Shown piece by piece: positions 50,032-57,694 of a stretch of 64,000 bases of DNA. The notes under the pieces are model-generated. The model was given only the letters and a program-made list of their open reading frames with translations. It was not told where the DNA came from and searched no databases. A program made the translations under genes and the position numbers. The stretch is from Spirochaetia bacterium. GTDB lineage: Bacteria; Spirochaetota; Spirochaetia; SP-2023. The stretch spans positions 2,176,001 to 2,240,000 of the forward strand of contig OZ253665.1 of NCBI GenBank assembly GCA_965263295.1. Direction: 5' to 3'. The number at the start of each line of letters is the position of its first letter. The first letter of the stretch is position 1.

Positions 50032-51312
50032 CTAGCCTGCCGCGCTCAGATTTTTAACTAAACCTTTGGCAATCACATCCTCAATGATATTCAGAGCGCG
50101 GTCAATTGTTTCTGTCTCCAACTGCGAGGACACGGAAATGCGGAAGCGACGCTCGTGTGCCGGCACCGCCGGGTAGTCTACTGGTTGCAGAAACAGGCCC
50201 CGGCGTTGGACCTCGTAGGCCATTTTTAGCAGAGTCTCACCGGAGGAGCCAATAATAATCGGGATGACTTGAGATTCCGTGTGCCCCAGATTCAGATTCA
50301 TGGCCTCCAGGCCCTTGCGGAAGTAGTGGGTGTTCTCCCACAGCTTGTCGCGCAGGCTAGAGTCGCGCGTGGCCACTTCAAGGGCTTTCAGCAAGCCGCC
50401 GACAATCGGCGGCGCAATGGAACAGGAAAAGTTCCACGGGGCCGAATAACCTTTGAGGTAATCAATGAGTTCCTGGTTGGCGCAGATAAAGCCTCCGACG
50501 CCGCCAAATGACTTGCTGAGCGTACCGAAACTGACTCCTATTTTGTCTTCCAGGCCGAAATGTTCGCCGACGCCGCGGCCATTTTTACCAAAAATCAGCG
50601 AAGAGTGGGCCTCGTCCAGAAATAGCCCGGCATTGTAAGTTTCGCACAAAGCGCTGACTTCTGGCAATTTTACCAGGTCACCGTCCATTGAGTATATGCC
50701 TTCAACTAATACTAATGTGCGTTTTGCTTTGTACTTTTCCAATAAGACTTCCAAATTTTTAATGTCGTTATGTGGGAAAAAGACCATCTTGGCGCCGGAG
50801 GAAACCACGCCTTCGACAATGCTGCGGTGGATTTTTTCGTCCATGATGGCAATGTCACCCTTGCGCAATATACCCTGGATTGCCCCGACGTTGCCGCCAA
50901 AACCGCTGGAATATAAAAGGCAGGCTTCTTGCTCCTTAAATTGAGCCAATTTCTCTGCCAGCTGGACGTGTAAGTCGAACGTGCCTGAAAGTAGTGGGGC
51001 GCCAGAGGCACCCATGCCATACTTGTCCAAAGCCTCTTTGCAGGCTTGGATAACTTCAGGATGGGTGGAAAGTCCGAGGTAGTTATATGAAGTCAGGTTA
51101 ATGATGTCGCGCTCTTTGCCGTCAAAGTTGCTGCGCACTCGGCTGTGGGCCTGGGGTGCTCGCAACAATTGCTGTTCAAAAAAACCAAAGGCACTGCGCA
51201 CCTTGGGGTGGTAGAGCCATTGTTTGAAGTCTTCTGGCGGCTGCAATACATTGGGGTTGTCGTTGTAATGGAAATCGGCGAGGCTGAAATTCAGCAACTG
51301 GTCTTCTTTCAT
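50032..51312 (-). CDS. Alpha-oxoamine synthase (SPT/BioF/Kbl family PLP acyltransferase)
   Basis: SYNYLGLS, LLSGT, FPHND, EGIYSMDGD, DEAHS and GTLSKSFG (PLP lysine). Confidence 0.9.
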   Translation of the reverse strand: MKEDQLLNFSLADFHYNDNPNVLQPPEDFKQWLYHPKVRSAFGFFEQQLLRAPQAHSRVRSNFDGKERDIINLTSYNYLGLSTHPEVIQACKEALDKYGMGASGAPLLSGTFDLHVQLAEKLAQFKEQEACLLYSSGFGGNVGAIQGILRKGDIAIMDEKIHRSIVEGVVSSGAKMVFFPHNDIKNLEVLLEKYKAKRTLVLVEGIYSMDGDLVKLPEVSALCETYNAGLFLDEAHSSLIFGKNGRGVGEHFGLEDKIGVSFGTLSKSFGGVGGFICANQELIDYLKGYSAPWNFSCSIAPPIVGGLLKALEVATRDSSLRDKLWENTHYFRKGLEAMNLNLGHTESQVIPIIIGSSGETLLKMAYEVQRRGLFLQPVDYPAVPAHERRFRISVSSQLETETIDRALNIIEDVIAKGLVKNLSAAG

Positions 51313-51621
51313 CGGATATCCTTGACTGTAAAGATTTTATTACAATGCATTAAATTGTTGCCACCCCGGCTCAATCGGTGATTAAAGCCTCATTTGCCCA
51401 AAATTTTGAAGGCTCCAAATCAAGGCTTTAATCGCGGCCCCAATCGTGAAAATGGGCACTTAACATGATATTGGAAAATCGGCGGCAGGGCAAATTAGTT
51501 TTGTCGAATACTTTTCTGACAGAATATTTTGCTTCTTTCGGCGCTGCTCGCGCAGTTGATTTTGAGCTACTTTGTCGCTACATCTTGCCGTGACGGGAAC
51601 AAAAAAGTGGCACAAAGACTT

Positions 51622-51666
51622 GAGTATGCTAGAGCTCCCCCTTTTGGGGGGAGCTCTAGCATACTC
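51622..51666 (-). terminator. 20-bp perfect stem-loop downstream of the second ACP
   Basis: gagtatgctagagctccccc-ttttg-gggggagctctagcatactc. Confidence 0.7.
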
Positions 51667-51713
51667 GCATTATCCTTGTATTCTTTCTTTCCTTGGTCTG
51701 AATCAAGTTCTAC

Positions 51714-51959
51714 TCAAGTGTTGGCTACTTCGACAAATTTGTCCGCGAGTTGATCAATGGTCGTGATATCTGCGAGTTCAGCGCGAGGCACTTTTATCTT
51801 CAATTCACGCATGGCACAGGAAACGACTTCGATAATATCCAGGCTGTTGGCGCCGTAGTCTTTCATGGACTTATTGGGGTCGATATCATTGATATCGACA
51901 TCGTCCAGATTTTCTACAATCTGCTCTTTAATAACGGCAATGACTGCTTCTTTTGTCAT
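51714..51959 (-). CDS. Stand-alone acyl carrier protein, AcpK-like
   Basis: GANSLD motif and LKIKVPRAELA, resembling beta-branching donor ACPs; strong RBS AAAGGAG. Confidence 0.88.
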   Translation of the reverse strand: MTKEAVIAVIKEQIVENLDDVDINDIDPNKSMKDYGANSLDIIEVVSCAMRELKIKVPRAELADITTIDQLADKFVEVANT

Positions 51960-52084
51960 GGCTTACTCCTTTAAAGGTGGGTAAAGGTTGATAAAGTTTG
52001 AATTTCGTTGCGAATATACGTTTAATTTCCCGATTTTTTAATTTGAATGCGATCTGTGGCCAGCAAACAATTGCAAGCCTAATG

Positions 52085-52939
52085 TCAGATGCTTGTAGCT
52101 CCTAATTGCGACTGGGAGGACCCTGGCGGGACTTCCTGATTATTTTGAAAGCTAAAACGGTTCATCAGATTATCCTGAAATGGCAGGCCGTGGTCAACTT
52201 GCAGCAGTTGACCGTTCATGGCATCGAAAAGTCCGGAGCAAAGGGCAAAGAGAACTTTCCCACAATCGTCCGTTTGCAGTTGCAGCTTGGGGTCGACGCC
52301 GTTTTTCTGCGAGAATTCAAAAAATTCGTCTCCAAAAATAAACTCAAAGGACTCGGTTTTTACGGTGCCAAAACGCACAACATTGACGCTGGAGCCCTCT
52401 TTTTGCAGGTGCACGGCCAGGTAGCGACCCAGAAATTCCAACATGGCCTTGGAAGCGGCGACAAAATCGTAGCCGGGATAGTAGTGATCGGGCCCGTCGC
52501 TGGAAACGCCAAGGACATGGCGCGGGTAGTGGCCAAATTGTTTCTTGGACTTTTGGCAGTAATCCACCAGCGGCCAGGAGCTATAATCGAGGGTCTTGTA
52601 GAGTGAGCGTTTCTTGTAGTCATCCAGTTTCTCGGTCTTGAGGGCAAAGCCCACGTTGTTGATGAAGACATCCAGCTTGTCGCAGTGCCGGGCGATTTCA
52701 GCCATGACTGTCGGTGTGTCTTCTTCGCGCGAAACATCGGCCTGAATGAATACCGGGGCCCGGCCTTGCAGTTCTGTGGTGAACTCGCGCGCGATGGCCT
52801 GAGTATCCGCGGAGCCCCATTTGTAGGTCAGGTAGACTTGGGCTCCAGCGCGGGCAAAGTACTTGGCCGCCCCTAGACCAATGCCCTTGGTGCCGCCGGT
52901 AATCAGGACATTCTTGCCCTTCATGTCGATGGAAAACAT
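52085..52939 (-). CDS. SDR oxidoreductase, FabL/FabI-like enoyl-ACP reductase
   Basis: TGGTKGIG, FINN and YPGYDFVAASK (Y-x6-K spacing typical of enoyl reductases). Confidence 0.8.
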   Translation of the reverse strand: MFSIDMKGKNVLITGGTKGIGLGAAKYFARAGAQVYLTYKWGSADTQAIAREFTTELQGRAPVFIQADVSREEDTPTVMAEIARHCDKLDVFINNVGFALKTEKLDDYKKRSLYKTLDYSSWPLVDYCQKSKKQFGHYPRHVLGVSSDGPDHYYPGYDFVAASKAMLEFLGRYLAVHLQKEGSSVNVVRFGTVKTESFEFIFGDEFFEFSQKNGVDPKLQLQTDDCGKVLFALCSGLFDAMNGQLLQVDHGLPFQDNLMNRFSFQNNQEVPPGSSQSQLGATSI

Positions 52940-52955
52940 AATAAGCTCCTAAGAA

Positions 52956-53699
52956 TCAATCCCCTGCGTAAAACTCTTTGATTATGGACTGGGTTTCGGG
53001 CAGGTTGAACGAAATTTTATGCATTAAATCCTCTTGCAGGCGGGCTTCAATGACCAGTTTTTTCTTGACGGCGCCCAGGCTGTGCTTTAACAGGTACAAG
53101 CTTTCCCGCGGCTTTTCCGCCATTTGCGTGGCGATATCCTCGGCTTTGGCCATGATTTCAGCTCTGGGCAGAATGTAATTGATATGCGTGCCGCGATTGG
53201 CGAGCTCTTTGCCTTTAAATCGCTTGCCGGTATACATCATTTCGGCGGCGGTGTAGGGCCCCAACAGTTGGGGCAGCAGGGTCGTGGAGGCCATGCCGGG
53301 AGTGAAACCCATGTTCATGAAGACAGCGCCGTAGCGGCTCTCGCGCGCGGCGAGCACGATGTCGCAGGCGGCACCCATCACCAGGCCTCCGCCCATGGCG
53401 TGGCCTTCCATCGCCGCGACAACCGGGAACGGGGCCCCTACTATCAGGTCGGTGATAATCAGGTCATCGACGGTGACTCGGCCTTCGGTGAGCCCAATCA
53501 GGCTGTCTTTGGCGCCGCCGGCGCAAAAGACCTGGCTCGTACCTTGGATAATGACGATTTTGGGTCGTACAACTTTACACAAATGCTGCCATTTTTCAAT
53601 GAACTCGCGCACAAGGTTTTTTGTGAGGACATTCGGGCCTTTGGCCTCATCCAGGCGAAAGATAAAATATCCCGCGGAGCTTTCAGTCAATTTGATCAT
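52956..53699 (-). CDS. Crotonase-fold enzyme, PksI/ECH2-like decarboxylase
   Basis: FCAGG, AAMEGHAMGGG, FMNMGFTPGM, LPRAE, AEKPRESL and EDLMH match the PksI pattern from memory. Start revised to MIKLTE (247 aa). Confidence 0.85.
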   Translation of the reverse strand: MIKLTESSAGYFIFRLDEAKGPNVLTKNLVREFIEKWQHLCKVVRPKIVIIQGTSQVFCAGGAKDSLIGLTEGRVTVDDLIITDLIVGAPFPVVAAMEGHAMGGGLVMGAACDIVLAARESRYGAVFMNMGFTPGMASTTLLPQLLGPYTAAEMMYTGKRFKGKELANRGTHINYILPRAEIMAKAEDIATQMAEKPRESLYLLKHSLGAVKKKLVIEARLQEDLMHKISFNLPETQSIIKEFYAGD

Positions 53700-53804
53700 G
53701 GCCAGCACTTTACGGAAAATCCGTGGCGGCGACAAGGGCTGAGGCGTTGCCCCGGCGTGCCGGCAGTTCAGGGCGGAGTCACATTGGCGGCCGCTTGAAT
53801 CCAA

Positions 53805-54314
53805 TTAGGATTTACATTTATGGCATTGCCCATTAATGCATTGATTGCATTGCCCATAGAGCACGAGAGTGTGGGATTTTAACGTAAAGCCATGTTCTGT
53901 GGCAATGCGCAGTTGCAGTGCTTCAAGTTCTTCGTTATGAAACTCAAAGTATTGGCCGCACTCGGTGCATATCAAGTGGTCGTGATGCTCGCAGTGGCGG
54001 GACGGTTCAAAGTAACTGGACTGAGTATGGATTCCCGGCGAGCCTTGAGAGCGCAGGTTCAACTCCTGAGCGAAACCGTTATTGCACAGCAACTTCAGAG
54101 TCCGGTATACTGTGGCCTGGCCAATCTGGGGCAGCTCCTTTTTTAGCATATGGTAGAGGCCTTCAGCGGTCAGGTGTTTGTCCTGCTCCATGAAGGTCTG
54201 AAAAATCAAGCGGCGCTGCTTGGTATCGCGCAGCTGGTTCATGCACAAAAAACGATTATATGCCGCGGCAGTTTTATCTTTCATGCGAGCCAGTATATTG
54301 ACATCAATTCTCAT
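53805..54314 (-). CDS. fur: Fur-family metalloregulator (alternative start ATG 54284)
   Basis: HLTAE, GQATVYRTLKLL, HHDHLICTECG and LYGQCNQC. Confidence 0.9.
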   Translation of the reverse strand: MRIDVNILARMKDKTAAAYNRFLCMNQLRDTKQRRLIFQTFMEQDKHLTAEGLYHMLKKELPQIGQATVYRTLKLLCNNGFAQELNLRSQGSPGIHTQSSYFEPSRHCEHHDHLICTECGQYFEFHNEELEALQLRIATEHGFTLKSHTLVLYGQCNQCINGQCHKCKS

Positions 54315-54647
54315 TATCTAGCCCCTAAACAGTTTCTCTGAATAAATTCGCTCTGCGCTCCCGCCTGCCCTCCCCTGAAAGTTTTTTGGGGAAAGCCCTT
54401 TATTATTTTGTGGAGTGGAGACTTTCGTCTCGTGGTCAAGGGTTTTGATTATTTTATCGGCGATTTTTATTGAATATTAAATTATTTTTTATCAGAAATA
54501 TTTTTATCCAATATTTTGGGCTTTTTTATTGACGCAAGAAAAAAAATATCCTTTTCATTCATTTTATTTTCACTTTCGTTCCGATCTTGTTGCAAATTGT
54601 TTTAATTTGCCTGGAATTCCATTTTGGGTCCCTGATAAATTTTGTCA

Positions 54648-54707
54648 ATTTTGCCAGGAAATTCCCAATTTAAAACGATTTTTAAATTGGAAAATTCCTG
54701 GCAAAAT
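54648..54707 (-). terminator. Long imperfect inverted repeat downstream of the porin-like gene
   Basis: attttgccaggaaattcccaatttaaaa-cgat-ttttaaattggaaaattcctggcaaaat (26 of 28 positions pair). Confidence 0.6.
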
Positions 54708-54755
54708 ATGAATATAGTTAAAATGAACTAAATGGAAGCCATTTTAGAAGCTATT

Positions 54756-56279
54756 TTACTTGTTGAACTTGGCCTTGAACGAGGCCTTCAGGCCGAGATT
54801 CATATACACGTCCGTGGAATAATTACTATGGTCAAATTTTCCGTTCTCGTAGGAGCCCCAACCCACACCCTTCTGCTTGAACGGGCGAGGATTTTCAATT
54901 TCCAACGAGGCCCAGATGCTGGCGCTCCTGTCCTTTTTGTTGACCAGGCGCTGCTCCACGCCAAAACCTAGGTAACTGAGCGGAGTTTGGCGCTCAACCT
55001 TTTCCTCGGTTGCATGTATCTTAGAGCCATCATTTTTTAGGTCCTTGTGGTCGGGCTCCCAGAATTCCATGCGCGTGCCGACCCAGGCACTCAGGTAGCG
55101 CTCGCCCATGACCGAACGCAGGGCGTCCGTCGAAACTTTGACGCCGATACCGCGGAAGGCTGTGTTGTCGACATAGCTCCTTTTTCCTTTGTGACCAGAG
55201 GCATCGGTAAAGTTGTCGTTTTCGCGCGTATCGCCGCCCATGTCGATACCCAGGCTGACCAGGTTGTAGCCTTCGTCCGGATCCTTCAGGCCGAATAGCA
55301 TGCCGGCGGACCACATGATCTTGGGATTTGCGTAGGCATTGGGCTGGCTGTTGCTGAGCCCCTGAACGCCAAGGTTGAACATGATGGGCGTAATATCCAG
55401 CGCGGCAAAGCCCAGGTCCAGGCTGGCCGTGTAGGCCAGGGAAAGGCCAAACTGGTCAAAATCCTGCGGCTCATAATCTCCGTCACTTGTGGTACCCACT
55501 TGTGGATTTGGTTCTTTAGCTTTGCCACTGATGCCGGCCGCCTTTTCATTGTTGGTCAGGTCTGCCTTGTAGCCAATGGAGGCACTGATATTGTGCATGC
55601 CAAACTCTTTTTCAAACAGCAGGGCCGCCCCCATGTCGTAGACTTTGTTCGGCTCATTTTTGCTGCCGATGGGTTTCTGAAAGTCGTGCAGGCTCATGCC
55701 CAGGCGCACGGTCAGCATGTCCAGTATCTTCATGTCCAGCTGCATATTCGGAACGACATACTTGAGGACTCCGGCCTGTGTGCCGCAGTCGTATTCCATT
55801 TTAAAGTCACCGCTAATGTCAGCAGCCCATTCGTCCTGCCCGGCGTCCTGACCGTTGCTCAGCTCGACGTCAAAAATGCCGCCCTGCAGGTACAGGTCAA
55901 ATTTTTCCTGATCCAGCCCCATCATGGCGTCGAGAATATGCATATAGACATACGACTCACCCAGTATAACGGCGGCATGCGATTGCCCTTTGTCTTTTTT
56001 ATAGTCGCCGGCGTAGCCCTCAATGCCGACCTTGACACCGACCAGGTTGTCGTAGTCAGCGTTTACCACGCTGGAGAACCTATCCTTTTGGGCAACGACC
56101 GCATTGCCTTCTTCCGCTTCCTCGCCACCCAGGTAAAACCTCCCCTTCAATTCGCCCTTGGGTTCAATGCTAAGTGAAAGCTTGCCGCCTTCTTGTTCGT
56201 CGGTCTGTGCCACAAGGTTGGGCATAGCCAACAAGCCGATAAACAACAATATTAAATTGTTCTTTATTAAATTCTTCAT
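54756..56279 (-). CDS. Exported beta-strand-rich protein, probable outer-membrane porin or major sheath protein
   Basis: Start MKNLIKNNL (RBS GGAGGA), signal peptide, many amphipathic strands, C-terminal YMNLGLKASFKAKF. Confidence 0.7.
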   Translation of the reverse strand: MKNLIKNNLILLFIGLLAMPNLVAQTDEQEGGKLSLSIEPKGELKGRFYLGGEEAEEGNAVVAQKDRFSSVVNADYDNLVGVKVGIEGYAGDYKKDKGQSHAAVILGESYVYMHILDAMMGLDQEKFDLYLQGGIFDVELSNGQDAGQDEWAADISGDFKMEYDCGTQAGVLKYVVPNMQLDMKILDMLTVRLGMSLHDFQKPIGSKNEPNKVYDMGAALLFEKEFGMHNISASIGYKADLTNNEKAAGISGKAKEPNPQVGTTSDGDYEPQDFDQFGLSLAYTASLDLGFAALDITPIMFNLGVQGLSNSQPNAYANPKIMWSAGMLFGLKDPDEGYNLVSLGIDMGGDTRENDNFTDASGHKGKRSYVDNTAFRGIGVKVSTDALRSVMGERYLSAWVGTRMEFWEPDHKDLKNDGSKIHATEEKVERQTPLSYLGFGVEQRLVNKKDRSASIWASLEIENPRPFKQKGVGWGSYENGKFDHSNYSTDVYMNLGLKASFKAKFNK

Positions 56280-56505
56280 TTTTTGTCCTCCTAAAGAAGA
56301 AATTTTTTGAATTACCAGCAGAAGTAAATCTCTTTGCTCCGGGAAAAGCAAAATGAACTACTTCCACATCCTAATACATATAAAAAGAATTAATATAAAA
56401 TTCAAGGCATAATCATAAAAAATTTAGGAAAATTATTCACTAAAACGTTATTTACCTTCCTTCAAAATTTTAAAACTTTATTTATATATTTAAAATAGCA
56501 GGCTC

Positions 56506-56597
56506 CAAGATCAATCAAGGTTAATCAAGATCAATAAAGATCAATAAAGATCAATCAAGATCAATCAAGATCAATCAAGATCAATCAAGGTCAATAA
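56506..56597. repeat. Tandem decamer array (TCAATCAAGA), about 9 copies
   Basis: Read directly; variants TCAATAAAGA and TCAATCAAGG. Confidence 0.93.
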
Positions 56598-56919
56598 TGG
56601 ATAGACGGAATAAATACTAACTACAAATTGTTTGGGAATTTAGCCCCAATGTGGGCGATCTGCGCCGGGTTGCGGTGATTTTTTTAATATTTGACATAAA
56701 TTGGACATAACTTGATCTTTTCCATATTTATGGGTGCAACACCATCTGCTGGATTCGTTCACAGACCGCGAGGCTCCGTACAATGAGCCTCTGCTTTTTT
56801 GTCGACTTGACCACGGCCGTATAATTGGGCTTTAATTAGTCCTGAATTGGTTCCGAATCTGCCCCGCCGCGCAAGCTGCGCTTCGGGCTGGCCCGTTGCA
56901 AAAGATAAATAAAATTTTA

Positions 56920-57489
56920 TTAGGTAAAATCATAGAAGTCACGGATCAACGGGATTTTTCTCTCAAAGCCGCTATATTCATGGCTGCCGCCCTCTTCTAT
57001 ATCGATAAGCGATCCCGAAAATTTGTTTTGCGCCTCTTGATAGTCTAAAAGTTCGTCACCCGTTTGTAAAAGTAATAAAAATTTGCCGCGGCCTTGTATA
57101 TTCTGTATATCGCACGCAAAATCTTTTAGACAGTCCCGGTACTCATCCGTGAAATAATAAATAGAATCATCAAAGAAATTTTTGTTCTCTCCCGTAAACC
57201 TTTGTAACGTTTTGCATGGATCAAGCGCCGGATTGATCAGTACTGCCTTCAAATTGTATTTATTGGCCAGGTAAATTGAGTAATAGCCGCCCAGGGAGCT
57301 GCCCACCAGTGTTATTTCGTAGGCATCTTTTAACAATTCTATGCTGTCTTCCAAAAGCCTCATCGCCAGTTTAGGATTGGCGTGCAAAGTGGGGGCGAAA
57401 GTGTATTTAAATTTTTGTTTTAATATATTTGCTTTTTTTGAGAAACAACTGCTGCCGAATCCATGCACATAAAATATTAGTTTTTTCAC
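56920..57489 (-). CDS. YqiA/YcfP (UPF0227) esterase
   Basis: YVHGFGSS, GSSLGGY, LINPA, GDELLDY and GGSH. Start revised to GTG 57489 (189 aa). Confidence 0.88.
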   Translation of the reverse strand: MKKLIFYVHGFGSSCFSKKANILKQKFKYTFAPTLHANPKLAMRLLEDSIELLKDAYEITLVGSSLGGYYSIYLANKYNLKAVLINPALDPCKTLQRFTGENKNFFDDSIYYFTDEYRDCLKDFACDIQNIQGRGKFLLLLQTGDELLDYQEAQNKFSGSLIDIEEGGSHEYSGFERKIPLIRDFYDFT

Positions 57490-57524
57490 AGCCACATTTT
57501 CACAACCACAGTCTGTGCCGCGCC

Positions 57525-57580
57525 AAAATTGAGTCCCCAGCTCCCGGCGGCTTGCCGCCCGGAGTTGGAGACTCAATTTT
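57525..57580 (-). terminator. Long hairpin downstream of the GH38 gene
   Basis: aaaattgagtccccagctcccggcggc-tt-gccgcccggagttggagactcaatttt. Confidence 0.6.
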
Positions 57581-57658
57581 GGGTCTTCCTGGGTCTTCCT
57601 GGGTCTTCCTGGGTCTTCCTGGGTCTTCCTGGGTCTTCCTGGGCCTTCTTGGGCCTTG
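57581..57658. repeat. Tandem decamer array (GGGTCTTCCT)6 plus 2 degenerate copies
   Basis: Read directly. Confidence 0.95.
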
Positions 57659-57694
57659 GTGCCTGAGCTTTTCTGAGCTCTTAGGCAGGCGGGC

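Noticed and set aside
50032..51312. Calling the AOS gene bioF or spt
   Set aside because: The motifs identify the family only. No bio genes are adjacent and specificity cannot be read by eye.
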